Source: an uncultured Clostridia bacterium
GTDB lineage: Bacteria; Bacillota; Clostridia; TANB77; CAG-508
Length of the DNA stretch: 64,000 nt
Assembly: GCA_934141475.1 (NCBI GenBank)
Contig: CAKPCG010000002.1
Location: 29,165-93,164, forward strand
Direction: 5' to 3'
Below are positions 21,523 to 32,354 of this stretch, in pieces. The translations under genes were made by a program, and so were the position numbers. Numbering within the stretch: the stretch's first letter is position 1; every line of letters begins with the position of its first letter. The notes beneath the pieces are model-generated. The model did no database searches. It saw only the letters and a program-made list of their open reading frames with translations, and was not told the DNA's origin.

Positions 21523-21536
21523 CATTAATATAAAAA

Positions 21537-21773
21537 TTAATCTTGTTCAACATCATTAAAAATAGGATCACTAAAAAAATCAATTAGAGTTATATTAAAC
21601 CCTTCACAAACATGTAATAATGTATCTAATTTTAATAGTTCTGTTGTACCATTCATAAAAGCACATAAAGTGGAACGTGGTATTCCAGAAGCTTTAAATA
21701 ATGCCCATATTGACATATTGTTTTTATCTAAATAATAGCGTATACGTTTACGAACAGCGTCTGCTAAAGTCAT
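21537..21773 (-). CDS. XRE-family helix-turn-helix transcriptional regulator (78 aa)
   Basis: IWALFKASGIPRSTLCAFMNG HTH pattern. Confidence 0.55.
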   Translation of the reverse strand: MTLADAVRKRIRYYLDKNNMSIWALFKASGIPRSTLCAFMNGTTELLKLDTLLHVCEGFNITLIDFFSDPIFNDVEQD

Positions 21774-21950
21774 TATATCCTCACCTCAATTATTTTGATA
21801 TTAAAGGTAGTATAGCAAGAAAAATGTCGAAAATAGTCTATTTAAATATACTTAGGGCTTAGATTTCTAAAAGAAAAAACAAGTAGGAATAGTAATAACA
21901 GTTTAAACAAAAATACAATAAATATTCAGTGTATAAAAGAAAGGATTTTT

Positions 21951-23183
21951 ATGAAAAAAGTAATAGTAATAGGAGCAGGGGCTTCTGGCCTAGTTTCGGC
22001 AGTATTTGCAAGAAAAGCTGGAAATGATGTAATAGTTTTGGAAAAAAATGATATATGTGGAAAAAAGATACTTGCAACTGGAAATGGAAGATGTAATTTT
22101 TGGAACGAAGACCAATCTATTAATCATTATAGAGGAACTGATATCCAAAAAATAAAAAGAATTTTAAATTATAAAAAACAAGAAAAAATAAAAAAATTTT
22201 TCAAAGAAATTGGAATAGAACCCAAAATAAAAAATGGATATTACTATCCATATTCAAATCAAGCTATAAGTATGCAAAAAGCACTTATATTAGAAAATGA
22301 AAAGAGTAATGTAAAAATAAAAATTAATTCTGAAGTTATAGATATAAAAAAAGAAAAAGAAAAATTTAAAATAACTCTAAAAAATGGAGACGAATTACAA
22401 GCAGATAAAGTAATATTAGCTGTTGGTTCAAAAGCAGCACCTAAAACTGGTTCAGATGGATTTGGATATAAAATATGTAAAAAATTAGGACTAAAAATAA
22501 TAGAACCATTACCAGCACTTGTGCAGTTAAAAGCAGAAGGAAAATTCTTAAAACAATGGGAAGGCATAAGAGCAGATGGAAAAATAGATCTATATGAAAA
22601 TGGTAAAAAAATAGGAGAAGAAAAGGGAGAAATTCAATTAACAAATTACGGTATAAGTGGAATTTGTGTATTCAATCTAAGTGGAAGAGTTTCTAGAGGT
22701 CTAAAAAACAATAAAACAGAAGAAATTAAAATTAATTTCTTAGACGGATTAAATATAAATAATGAAAAACAATTTATAGATTGGATGAACGAAAGAAATT
22801 CTAATATAAAAAATCGTACGATTTTAGAGTTATTAGAAGGAGTGCTAAATGTAAAATTGATAAAAGCTTTGTTAAGTACATCCTATGTAGATTTGAATTC
22901 AAAATGGGAAAAATTAAACGAAAAAGAAAAAAATAAAATATCTCAAAATATAATTAATTTTAGATTAAATATAACTGGAACAAATTCATTTGACAAGTCT
23001 CAGGTATGTTCTGGCGGAATAAGTTTAGATGAAATAGACGAAAAAACAATGGAAGTAAACAAAATAAAAGGATTATATATAACTGGTGAAACTCTAGATG
23101 TAGATGGCGATTGCGGAGGCTATAACTTAGAATGGGCATGGATAACAGGAATGATTGCAGGAGGTAGTAATGATTCGAATTAG
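21951..23183 (+). CDS. HI0933/BaiN-like NAD(P)/FAD-dependent flavoprotein
   Basis: VIVIGAGASGLVSAV Rossmann motif and ILATGNGRCNFWN. Confidence 0.75.
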   Translation: MKKVIVIGAGASGLVSAVFARKAGNDVIVLEKNDICGKKILATGNGRCNFWNEDQSINHYRGTDIQKIKRILNYKKQEKIKKFFKEIGIEPKIKNGYYYPYSNQAISMQKALILENEKSNVKIKINSEVIDIKKEKEKFKITLKNGDELQADKVILAVGSKAAPKTGSDGFGYKICKKLGLKIIEPLPALVQLKAEGKFLKQWEGIRADGKIDLYENGKKIGEEKGEIQLTNYGISGICVFNLSGRVSRGLKNNKTEEIKINFLDGLNINNEKQFIDWMNERNSNIKNRTILELLEGVLNVKLIKALLSTSYVDLNSKWEKLNEKEKNKISQNIINFRLNITGTNSFDKSQVCSGGISLDEIDEKTMEVNKIKGLYITGETLDVDGDCGGYNLEWAWITGMIAGGSNDSN

Positions 23184-24866
23184 ACAAATTAATATTAAAA
23201 TAGAAGAAAAAAAAATAGAAGAAAAACTAAAAACAAAAAGTGCAAAAAAATTAAACATAAACAAAGAAGAAATAGAACAAATACAAATTGTAAAAAAATC
23301 AATAGATGCACGCAAAAAAAACGAAATAGAATATTGCTACGAAGTTGATATAAAATTAAAAGATAATTTGCTAGAAGAGAAAATATTAAAAAATAGTAAT
23401 ATAGAAAATACATCAAATAAAAATTCTAAAAAAACATCAAAAAGCAAAAGAGAAATGATATCAAAAAATAATTTAAGAGACATTATAAAAACTCCAAATG
23501 AAAATTACGAATTCAAAATAACAGGAACTGAGAAAATAAATAATAGACCAATAATAGTAGGTTCAGGCCCTGCTGGATTATTTTGCGCATATATGCTTGC
23601 TAAAAATGGTTATAATCCACTAATAATAGAAAGAGGAGAAGAGATAGAAAAAAGAGCTAAAACAGTTGAAGAATTTTGGGAAAAAGGCATACTAAATCCT
23701 GAATCCAATGTCCAATTTGGAGAAGGAGGAGCAGGAACGTTTTCAGATGGAAAGCTAAATACACTTGTAAAAGACAAAAACAATAGGAACAAAAAAGTGC
23801 TTGAAATTTTTTATAATATGGGAGCTCCAGAAGAAATATTATACTTAAATAAACCACACATAGGAACAGATTTACTAAAAGAAGTAATAAAAAATTTAAG
23901 AAATGAAATTATAAAAATGGGTGGGGAGATAAGATATAATTCATGCTTAACAGGACTAAATATAGAAAACAATAAAATAAAAAACATAGAGATAAACAAT
24001 AGTGAAACAATAAAAACAGATATACTTGTATTAGCAATAGGACACAGTGCAAGAGATACATTTAAAATTTTAAATAAAAATAATTTAAATATGGAACCTA
24101 AACCATTTGCAGTTGGAGTAAGAGTTCAGCATAACCAAGAAATGATAAATGAATCTCAATATGGAAAATATGGAAAAATACTTCCACCTGCACCATATAA
24201 ATTAACTTATCATTCAAAAAACGGAAGAGGAGTATACTCATTTTGTATGTGTCCTCGGAGGATTTGTAGTAAATGCATCTTCACAAAAAGGAAAACTTGC
24301 AATAAACGGAATGAGTAACCATAAAAGAGACGAAAAAAATGCAAATTCAGCAATAGTTGTAACAGTTAGCCCAGAAGACTTTGAAAATAAATTATTTGGC
24401 GGAATGGAATTCCAAGAAAAATTAGAAGAAAAAGCATATAAAATAGGAAATGGAAAAATTCCATCACAATGTTTAGGTGAATTTATGAGAAAAAAAGAAA
24501 CATTAGATGAATTAAATCAATCAGCAGAATATAAAGTAACACCGATATATAAAGGTCAATACCAAAATGCAGATATAAGGAAAATATTACCAAATTTTAT
24601 AATAGAAGCATTAATAGAAGCATTTGAAAATTTTGACAAAAAAATAAAAGGATTTGCAAATGAAAATGCAATACTTTCAGCAATTGAAAGTAGAACGTCA
24701 TCACCTGTTAGGATTGTAAGAAACATAGATGGAGAAAGTAATATACAAGGAATATATCCCTCAGGTGAAGGTGCAGGCTATGCCGGACGGAATAATGTCA
24801 GCAAGTATGGATGGCATAAAAACAGCTGAAAATATAGCAAAAAAATATGCGAATTTCCAAAGTTAA
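23170..24866 (+). CDS. FAD-dependent dehydrogenase (COG2509-like). The 0 frame is interrupted and needs +1 events at in-frame CGG codons 24256 and 24788.
   Basis: Rossmann IIVGSGPAGLFCA. Skipping the C at 24256 gives CMCP-G-GFVVNASSQKGKLAINGMSNHKRDE. Skipping the C at 24788 gives GEGAGYAG-G-IMSASMDGIKTAENIAKKY ending at the TAA at 24864. Confidence 0.55.
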
Positions 24867-25216
24867 CGTCTACCTAAAACAAAAACTAATTCATTTATCA
24901 TGTCTAATGCAGCAGAAAGTTCTTTTTCGTCATATTTGTGTAAAAATGTTTTTGTTTGATTTATAACACTATCATCAAGACCAAATAAAATATAATCGGC
25001 AGAATGGCCAGACAAATCTCTAAGTAATTTTATACTTCTATAAGATAAATTACCTTTTCCATTTTCAACTAAGTGTAGAAATTGACTAGAAATACCGATT
25101 TGTTTGGCTAAATCTGTTTTGTTTAGTCTGAGTTCTTTCTCACGTATTTTTCTTATTCTTTTACCACGAATAATTTGTTCTTCCTTTTCGACACTTTGAT
25201 TAAAATTTTTATTCAT
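24863..25216 (-). CDS. XRE-family HTH transcriptional regulator
   Basis: LNKTDLAKQIGISSQFLHLVENG. Confidence 0.6.
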   Translation of the reverse strand: MNKNFNQSVEKEEQIIRGKRIRKIREKELRLNKTDLAKQIGISSQFLHLVENGKGNLSYRSIKLLRDLSGHSADYILFGLDDSVINQTKTFLHKYDEKELSAALDMINELVFVLGRR

Positions 25217-25349
25217 AATAACCCCTCCTTATATATCAATTTTAACATATATTAAACACAAATTCATCTGAAAAAATGATGTGTACATATAGAAATTTTT
25301 GAGGATTTATGGTATAAGATTATAAACTGAATAATAAGGAGGAGATTTT

Positions 25350-26138
25350 ATGGATTTAAAGCCCATGAAAATTTTAATTATCGAAGATGATATAGAAGAT
25401 TGCAATAATTTCTTAAAATGTGTTAAAAACAGAAAAGACATTGAAATTGTTGCAATAACAGATTCGGATTTGGAAGGACTAAAAATTGTAAAATCAAAAA
25501 GACCGGAGGGAATAGTTTTGGACTTAGAACTAAACAATAGCTTGGCAGGAAGCATAGACTCTATGGAATTCTTATCAAATTTAAAAATGCTTAAACTTAA
25601 CTATGAACCAATAGTCATAGTAACAACACATGTAAATTCAAAAAGAACTTACGATATATTACATAGAAATGGAGTTGATATAATACTTTACAAAGACAAT
25701 CCTAAATACTCTAGTGAACATGTATTAAATAGCTTAATAAATTTTAGAAAACAAAGCTCAGAATATCAAAAAGAATCAATAGAAGAAATTATTGAAGATG
25801 AAGAATACAAAATATCTAAGCTTATAAATGAAGAACTAGAACAAATTGGAATAACAGCAAAACTTAAAGGAAGAAATTATATTTATGATGCAATATTATA
25901 TTTGATACAAAATGAAGATGGAAACATAAATGTAGTACAATATTTAGTTAAAATATACAAAAAGTCAGCAACAACAATAACAAATGGAATACAAAATTCA
26001 ATTATACGTGCATGGAAAACAACAGCACCTGATGATTTAGAACGATATTATACAGCAAGAATTAATTACGAAACAGGAATTCCAACACCAATGGAATTTA
26101 TATATTATTATGTGAATAAAATAAAAATGAAGTTATAG
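25350..26138 (+). CDS. Spo0A-like response regulator (receiver domain plus Spo0A_C-type DNA-binding domain)
   Basis: Receiver Asp in IVLDLEL, VIVTTH and K. C-terminal ITAKLKGRNYIYDAILYL...IRAWK matches the Spo0A C-terminal pattern. AGGAGG RBS. Confidence 0.6.
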   Translation: MDLKPMKILIIEDDIEDCNNFLKCVKNRKDIEIVAITDSDLEGLKIVKSKRPEGIVLDLELNNSLAGSIDSMEFLSNLKMLKLNYEPIVIVTTHVNSKRTYDILHRNGVDIILYKDNPKYSSEHVLNSLINFRKQSSEYQKESIEEIIEDEEYKISKLINEELEQIGITAKLKGRNYIYDAILYLIQNEDGNINVVQYLVKIYKKSATTITNGIQNSIIRAWKTTAPDDLERYYTARINYETGIPTPMEFIYYYVNKIKMKL

Positions 26139-26170
26139 GTTTATTTACAAAGAGATTTGTAAGTAGACCA

Positions 26171-26210
26171 AAAAATAGAACGTACAACCGAATGTACGTT
26201 CTATTTTTTT
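26171..26210 (+). terminator. rho-independent terminator after the response regulator
   Basis: aaaaatagaacgtaca / tgtacgttctattttt perfect hairpin plus a T-run. Confidence 0.65.
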
Positions 26211-26323
26211 ACCATTTTTCCTTAAATATTTCCATCCTAAAATCTAAATAAATTTTGGTTTTAGGGTGATATTTTTAACATGACAGATTTGAACAATGTG
26301 ATTAAGGGAAGGTGGTGATAGGG

Positions 26324-26371
26324 ATGAATTTATTCGATGCAATATGGAAATGGATGAGTCGTTGGATGTAG
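26324..26371 (+). CDS. 15-aa Trp-rich micro-ORF MNLFDAIWKWMSRWM with its own RBS and terminator
   Basis: AAGGTGGTGA RBS 6 nt upstream of ATG. A hairpin terminator at 26376..26412 follows directly. Confidence 0.2.
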   Translation: MNLFDAIWKWMSRWM

Positions 26372-26375
26372 TTGA

Positions 26376-26412
26376 AAAAGATAGTCAACAATTTTGTTGA
26401 TTATCTTTTTTG
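26376..26412 (+). terminator. hairpin terminator after the micro-ORF
   Basis: aaaagatagtcaaca / tgttgattatctttt followed by Ts. Confidence 0.5.
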
Positions 26413-26451
26413 TTTTAGGTATAATAGGTTAAAATAATTTGGAGGTGTTAC

Positions 26452-27859
26452 ATGAAATATATAGTAATTGACGAAAATATAGAAAATATATTATATTTTC
26501 GGAAGATTAATGCTGATTAATTTGGGAACCTATTATATATACTTAAAATTAAAAAATGCCCAAAAGACAGTACTTTTAAAAATAAAAACTATTTTGTTAT
26601 TATTTGCAGCTACATTTATAGGTGCCTGGATAAAGAAAAATAGTAATTCTATGAATTGCATGATAATAACAATACTATTGTTAACTACAATATTTAAGAA
26701 TACAAGTGAGGATAGTTTAGGAAACACCATAGTTGCTACAATGATATCGGTTGCTATTAGCAACATTATATTTTTTATTTCATTATTTTTAAATAGTATT
26801 CCTAATATTTTACTAAAAATAAATAATGATTATATTGCATTTATTTTTATAAGTATTATTTATATTCTGTTAGTTGGCATTTCAATGAATATTAAAAGAA
26901 TAAGATATGGATTTTCTTTTTTATCAGTTAATAAATCAAATGATTTTATGGATATTGCAATGTTGAATCTTAGTGCTGTGATATTATTTTTTATGGCAGT
27001 ATTTGGAAACTATAATATATTAAGTGCTAGTAATACGGGGATTTGTATATTTATTTTATCAATAATAATGTTCCTAACAATCAAAAAATCATTTGACATA
27101 TATTACAAACAAAAACTACTAATAAAAGAATTAGAAGAAAACAAAAGGGAAATAGAACAAAAAAATCAAGAGATAAAAAAGCTAGAAGAAGAAAATTTGA
27201 ATTTTAGTAAAAAAAGCCATTCACTTGCACATAAGCAAAAATCTCTTGAATACAAAATAAATCAACTAGCATTAAAAACAGAACTAGCAGAGGAATTAGA
27301 TATAAAAGAACAATTTAAGAAATTATCAAAAGAATTATACACAGAACCAATGCAAGAGCTAGATAAAACAAACATAGTACAAATAGATGATATGCTAAAA
27401 TTTATGCAATCTGAATGTATAAAAAATGATATAGAATTTAGACTTCAAATATATGGAAATATATATCACATAATAAACAATATAATAACAAAAGATCAAT
27501 TAGAAATATTAATTGCTGACCATGTAAAAGATGCAATTATAGCGATAAAACACACAGACAATATAAACAAAAGTATATTGGTAAAACTAGGAAAAATTGA
27601 AGGATGTTATGGTTTATACATATATGATTCAGGAGTTGAATTTAAAAAAGAAATTTTAGAAAATTTAGGAAAAAAACCAAGTACAGCTTATCCAGAAGAA
27701 GGTGGAACTGGTATGGGATTTATGAACACTTTCGATACTTTAAAAGGTTGTAAAGGTAGTTTAATAATTAAAGAATTTGGAAAGCTATCAAAGGATAATT
27801 ATACGAAAATTATTATGATTAAGTTTGATGGAAAAAATGAGTTTAAAGTGGTAAATTAA
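26452..27859 (+). CDS. polytopic membrane sensor kinase with a C-terminal GHKL ATPase domain. The N-terminus joins the main ORF via a +1 event at the in-frame CGG at 26500.
   Basis: GGAGGTG RBS then ATG at 26452. MKYIVIDENIENILYF-(CGG)-G-RLMLINLGTYY continues into track ORF 26510..27859. Six or seven TM helices, a coiled coil, a candidate His (SHSLAHKQ) and a G2 box GGTGMGF. Confidence 0.5.
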
Positions 27860-27965
27860 AATTTAAAAAAATAACATTGTTTTATAAGAAAGAGAAAATT
27901 TTATTTTAAAATTAATTTGAAAAGATTAACAGAAAAAAGCCTACGAAAAAATTCCTCAAAAAAGC

Positions 27966-27994
27966 TTGCATTCCCCTAAAAAATATGATAAAAT
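27966..27994 (+). promoter_or_regulatory. sigma-A type promoter upstream of rpsB
   Basis: TTGCAT, a 17-nt spacer, then TAAAAT. Confidence 0.35.
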
Positions 27995-28104
27995 ACATAT
28001 CGTTAAAAAACACATATTAGGAGCAAAACAAAGGAGTGCCTAAACAAAGGTCTTTGAATGCTATGAATAATATGGAAGAAATAACAAAAAGGGAGGAATT
28101 AAAA

Positions 28105-28875
28105 ATGGCAGTAGTTGCAATGAAACAATTACTTGAAGCAGGTGTTCATTTCGGACATCAAACAAGAAGATGGGATCCTAAAATGGCTGAATACATATTC
28201 CAAGCTAGAAATGGAATCCATATAATCGATTTACAAAAAACATCAAAAAAATTAGACGAGGCTTATGAATTTATAAGAAGCCAAGCAGAAGAAGGAAAAA
28301 CAGTTCTATTCGTAGGAACAAAAAAACAAGCACAAGAATGTATCAAAGAAGCAGCTGAAAAATGCGGAATGTACTATGTTGATCAAAGATGGTTAGGAGG
28401 AATGCTTACAAACTTCAAAACTATAAAAACAAGAGTACAAAGATTAAAAGACTTAGAAAAAATGGAAGAAGACGGAACATTCGAAGTATTACCTAAAAAA
28501 GAAGTTATTCTATTAAAGAAAGAAATGGAAAAACTACAAACAAACTTAGGTGGAATTAAAGACATGGAAGAAATGCCTGGAGTTATATTCCTAGTAGATC
28601 CTAAAAAAGAATACAATGCTATAAACGAAGCTAAAAAATTAAATATACCTACAGTTGGAATAGTAGATACAAACTGCAATCCAGAAGTATTAGACTATGC
28701 AATTCCAGGAAATGATGATGCAATAAGAGCTGTAAAATTAATTACAGATGTTATGGCAAATGCAGTTATAGAAGGAAAACAAGGAGAAAGCTTTGAAACT
28801 GTAGCTACAGAAAACAATGAAGAAGAAGTTCAATCAATGGAAGAAGTAGTAGCTGAGGAAAAAGTAGAAGAATAA
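28105..28875 (+). CDS. rpsB: 30S ribosomal protein S2
   Basis: [27 protein letters not shown] and later S2 motifs. GGGAGG RBS. The track ORF start (GTG at 28036) is too far upstream. Confidence 0.95.
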   Translation: MAVVAMKQLLEAGVHFGHQTRRWDPKMAEYIFQARNGIHIIDLQKTSKKLDEAYEFIRSQAEEGKTVLFVGTKKQAQECIKEAAEKCGMYYVDQRWLGGMLTNFKTIKTRVQRLKDLEKMEEDGTFEVLPKKEVILLKKEMEKLQTNLGGIKDMEEMPGVIFLVDPKKEYNAINEAKKLNIPTVGIVDTNCNPEVLDYAIPGNDDAIRAVKLITDVMANAVIEGKQGESFETVATENNEEEVQSMEEVVAEEKVEE

Positions 28876-28948
28876 TAAAAATAAAAGAGTAGGGCTTAAC
28901 TGCTCTACTCTAATTTTAAATAAATTTATAAATAGGAGGAGATATTTT

Positions 28949-29830
28949 ATGGTATCAGCAGCAATGGTAAAAGAATTAAGAGAAAAAACAGGTGCAGGAA
29001 TGATGGACTGCAAAAAAGTTTTAACAGAAGCAGATGGAGACATGGAAAAAGCAATTGAACTTTTACGTGAAAGAGGAATTGCAAAAGCTGCAAAAAAATC
29101 AGACAGAATAGCAGCAGAAGGATTAGTTCTAGGATATGTATCAGAAGATGGAAAAGTTGGAGCTGTAGTAGAAGTAAACTCAGAAACAGACTTTGTTGCA
29201 CAAAATGCCGAATTTAAAGCATTTGTTGAATCAGTTGCAAAACAAGTAGCCTTAAAAAATCCAGTAGATGTTGAAAGCTTATTAGAACAAGAATCTATAG
29301 AAGAAGCTGGAAAGAAAGTATCAGATGTATTAGTAGACAAAGTTGCAAAAATCGGAGAAAAATTAAGCATTCGTAGATTTGTAAGATTTGAAACAACAGA
29401 CGGATTAATCGAAAAATATATCCATGGAGATGGAAAAATAGCCGTTTTAGTTAATGTAAAAAACGGAGACAATGTACTTGCTAAAGATATATGCATGCAA
29501 ATTGCAGCTGCAAAACCTGAATTTTTAAATAGAGAAGCTGTACCACAAGAAAGATTAGACAAAGAAATGGAAATCTTAAAAGTACAAGCTATGAATGAAG
29601 GAAAACCAGAAGCTATTGCAGAAAAAATAGTTCAAGGAAGAATTGGTAAATTTTACAGTGAAATTTGCTTAGTTGAACAACCATTTGTTAAAGATCCAGA
29701 TATGAAAGTAGAAGATCTATTAAAATCTAAAAATGCAGAAATAGTTGAATTTGCAAGAATAGAAAAAGGTGAAGGAATCGAGAAAAAAGAAGAAAACTTT
29801 GCTGAAGAAGTTATGAAACAAATAAAATAA
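28949..29830 (+). CDS. tsf: elongation factor Ts
   Basis: [25 protein letters not shown]...[20 protein letters not shown]. Confidence 0.95.
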   Translation: MVSAAMVKELREKTGAGMMDCKKVLTEADGDMEKAIELLRERGIAKAAKKSDRIAAEGLVLGYVSEDGKVGAVVEVNSETDFVAQNAEFKAFVESVAKQVALKNPVDVESLLEQESIEEAGKKVSDVLVDKVAKIGEKLSIRRFVRFETTDGLIEKYIHGDGKIAVLVNVKNGDNVLAKDICMQIAAAKPEFLNREAVPQERLDKEMEILKVQAMNEGKPEAIAEKIVQGRIGKFYSEICLVEQPFVKDPDMKVEDLLKSKNAEIVEFARIEKGEGIEKKEENFAEEVMKQIK

Positions 29831-29838
29831 AAAAATAA

Positions 29839-29899
29839 TCATTTTACTCCAATAATAATCATATAAATTAATAATATGATTATTATTGGAGGTTTTTTT
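29839..29899 (+). terminator. rho-independent terminator after tsf
   Basis: ccaataataatcatat...atatgattattattgg perfect hairpin plus a T-run. Confidence 0.6.
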
Positions 29900-29900
29900 A

Positions 29901-30092
29901 GTGAAAAATATGTTTTGGGTCATAAATAAAGAAAAAGTATATGCTTATGTAGTATCTATTTTAACAATAGTAACATTATTTTTTTTGTCTAGTGTATTAA
30001 ATTCAAACTTAAATACAACAGAAGAAACGTCAGTTAACACATTAAAAAACGTAAATGATACAAACAATATTGAAAATATAAATACATTATAG
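29901..30092 (+). CDS. small hydrophobic protein (GTG start)
   Basis: GGAGG 8 nt upstream of the GTG. One TM helix. Confidence 0.25.
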   Translation: MKNMFWVINKEKVYAYVVSILTIVTLFFLSSVLNSNLNTTEETSVNTLKNVNDTNNIENINTL

Positions 30093-30159
30093 GTATAAAT
30101 AAGAGATCCTAAGGATATAATTAAAATAGAAAAATTTACTTATAAGAGAGGGAAAAAGA

Positions 30160-30669
30160 ATGCCTTTTGTAGGGATAATTTCAAAAGAAAATGATAGTAA
30201 CTTTATAAAAAATGCAATTTGTAAAAATTCAAAATTTAATAAGTTTGAAGTTCTAAATATCAATAAAAAAAGTATAGAAAATATTAAAAATATAAAATTC
30301 GATATACTTGTAATTAGTGAAAATATTGAAACTCTTTTAAAAAACTCTAAATATTTAGAAGAAATTTTAAATAAAACAGACTTTATTATTGTAAATTCAG
30401 ATATAAAAAACAATCTTTCTTTAATGAAATTTATTGGAGCTAATATTATTACATATGGATTTAATGCAAAAGCGACTGTTACAATATCAAGTATAAAAGA
30501 TGAAAATACAATGCTTTGTGTGCAAAGAACAATTAATGGCGCAAAAGAAATTATAGATGTTCAAGAATTTAGCATCCAAATTGAAAAAAATAATGTAAAT
30601 AAACTATACAATGTGCTTGTTATATTTACAATTTTAGCAATTTATGGAGAAATATTACAAAAAATTTAG
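30160..30669 (+). CDS. hypothetical protein
   Basis: ORF with GAGGGAAAAAG RBS-like upstream sequence. Confidence 0.35.
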   Translation: MPFVGIISKENDSNFIKNAICKNSKFNKFEVLNINKKSIENIKNIKFDILVISENIETLLKNSKYLEEILNKTDFIIVNSDIKNNLSLMKFIGANIITYGFNAKATVTISSIKDENTMLCVQRTINGAKEIIDVQEFSIQIEKNNVNKLYNVLVIFTILAIYGEILQKI

Positions 30670-30688
30670 AAAAAATTAACTTTTTATG

Positions 30689-30717
30689 TAGACAAAACCA
30701 TAAAAGTATTGTATAAT
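30689..30717 (+). promoter_or_regulatory. candidate sigma-A promoter
   Basis: TAGACA, a 17-nt spacer, then TATAAT. Confidence 0.3.
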
Positions 30718-30795
30718 AGGTATTGTGAGATTTGAGACCGAAAAATAAAAAGGCACTCTAGATAAATCCAAAAAAGAAATAGGGAGGAATAAAAA

Positions 30796-31524
30796 TTGGA
30801 TACAAATTATTTAGAAAACAACTACTTAACATTAGTAGGAAAGGTAACATCTGAAAAAAAATTCAGTCATGAAATTTATGGAGAAAGATTTTATTCATTT
30901 GATCTTTCAACACCACGTTTAAGTGGAAATGCGGATATAATTCCAGTAACAGTATCAGAAAGAATAATTAATGATGACATGATGGCAATAGGAAGCAAAT
31001 TGTTAGTAAAAGGACAATTCAGATCATACAATAGTTATGAAAATGAAAAAAATAGATTAATACTTACAGTATTTGCAAAAGACATCGAAAAATTAGAAGA
31101 AACATCAGAAAACGTACAAGAAGATGGAAACGAAGATAACCAAAACGAATTTACTAAAAAAGACACAGTAACAAATGAAGTAGTATTAGTTGGTTATATA
31201 TGTAAAAAACCTATATACAGACAAACACCATTTGGAAGAGAAATTGCAGATATATTATTAGCTGTAAATAGAGCATATAACAAATCAGATTATATTCCAT
31301 CAATTGCATGGGGAAGAAATGCAAGATTTTGCCAAAACTTAGAAGTTGGAACAGAAGTAAAAATAGTAGGTAGAATTCAATCAAGAAATTATGAGAAAAA
31401 ATATGAAGATGGAACAATAGTAAAAAAAGTAGCCTATGAAGTTTCAATTGGAAGCTTAGAAATAGTAAAAAATTCAGAAGATAGCGAAAATGCATCAGAA
31501 GATGTACAAGAAGAAGCTATGTAA
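30796..31524 (+). CDS. SSB-like single-stranded DNA-binding protein with two OB folds and an acidic tail
   Basis: The second half VVLVGYICKKPIYRQTPFGREIADILLAVNR...VKIVGRIQSRNYE matches the SSB OB-fold pattern. The first half repeats it more weakly. Confidence 0.5.
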   Translation: MDTNYLENNYLTLVGKVTSEKKFSHEIYGERFYSFDLSTPRLSGNADIIPVTVSERIINDDMMAIGSKLLVKGQFRSYNSYENEKNRLILTVFAKDIEKLEETSENVQEDGNEDNQNEFTKKDTVTNEVVLVGYICKKPIYRQTPFGREIADILLAVNRAYNKSDYIPSIAWGRNARFCQNLEVGTEVKIVGRIQSRNYEKKYEDGTIVKKVAYEVSIGSLEIVKNSEDSENASEDVQEEAM

Positions 31525-31555
31525 TTGAATTTAAAAGGGGAAAAAAATAGATAGA

Positions 31556-31590
31556 AAGATATTAAACTTTAAAGTTTAGTATCTTTTTTT
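31556..31590 (+). terminator. rho-independent terminator
   Basis: aagatattaaacttt / aaagtttagtatctt followed by a T-run. Confidence 0.5.
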
Positions 31591-31780
31591 AGTACAAAAG
31601 CATTAAAAATAAAAAAAATTTGAAAAAATTAACAAAATTATTAAAAAATATGATAGTATAAAAATATAATTTTAAAATAAACAGAAAAAAAGCCACTTTA
31701 TGAATAATTAAAGTATACTAAAGTTCATAATAAATTTAAAATACAAAAATAAAAATAATTTTAAGAAAGGAAAAAAGAAA

Positions 31781-32317
31781 ATGAAAGTTTTAGTTTTATC
31801 AGATATCCACGGTTCAGGATATTATGCAGACAAAATAAATGAAATAAATGACAGAGAAAAGCCAGAAAAAATAATTTTATTAGGGGATTTATACTATCAT
31901 GGTCCAAGAAATGATTTGAGTCAAGAATATGAACCAATGAAAGTAGCAAGAATACTAAACTCTTTAAAAGAAAAATTAACAGTTATAAAAGGAAATTGTG
32001 ATGCCGAAGTAGATGAAATGATTTCAGAATTTAAATTTAATGATCATGTTTTAATGGAAATTAACGGTAAAAAGTTTTATTTTACACATGGACACAAATA
32101 TAATATAGAGAACATACCTTATGAGGATTTTGATGTTATGATATATGGTCACATTCATCAAGGATTTATACAAAAAAAAGAAGGGCTTATTTTTGCAAAT
32201 CCAGGATCTATTTCACTTCCAAAATGTAATTCTAAACATAGTTACATTATCTTAGATGAAAACAAAATCATTTTAAAAGATGTTGATGGAAATATAATAG
32301 AAGATATGGAAATGTAA
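31781..32317 (+). CDS. YfcE/MJ0936 family metallophosphoesterase
   Basis: VLSDIHGS, LGDLYYHG and FTHGH motifs. Confidence 0.75.
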   Translation: MKVLVLSDIHGSGYYADKINEINDREKPEKIILLGDLYYHGPRNDLSQEYEPMKVARILNSLKEKLTVIKGNCDAEVDEMISEFKFNDHVLMEINGKKFYFTHGHKYNIENIPYEDFDVMIYGHIHQGFIQKKEGLIFANPGSISLPKCNSKHSYIILDENKIILKDVDGNIIEDMEM

Positions 32318-32354
32318 AAACTTTAGCTTATTAATTGTAAGAAAGGAGATTTTT

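Noticed and set aside
16747-24866. Treating comM and the FAD-dependent gene simply as frameshifted pseudogenes
   Set aside because: Not fully rejected, but the disruptions are not random. All are a C immediately 5' of an in-frame GG(A/T) Gly codon creating CGG, which is the same event seen in three other genes. I report them as recoding or artefact candidates and not as ordinary decay.
26280-26318. 12-codon ORF MTDLNNVIKGRW upstream of the Trp-rich micro-ORF
   Set aside because: Weak RBS. Its stop region mainly supplies the SD for the next micro-ORF. Probably not an independent gene.
28834-29562. 242-aa minus-strand ORF overlapping tsf, and 63579..63908 plus-strand ORF overlapping the integrase
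   Set aside because: These are antisense shadows of highly conserved genes (EF-Ts, tyrosine recombinase).
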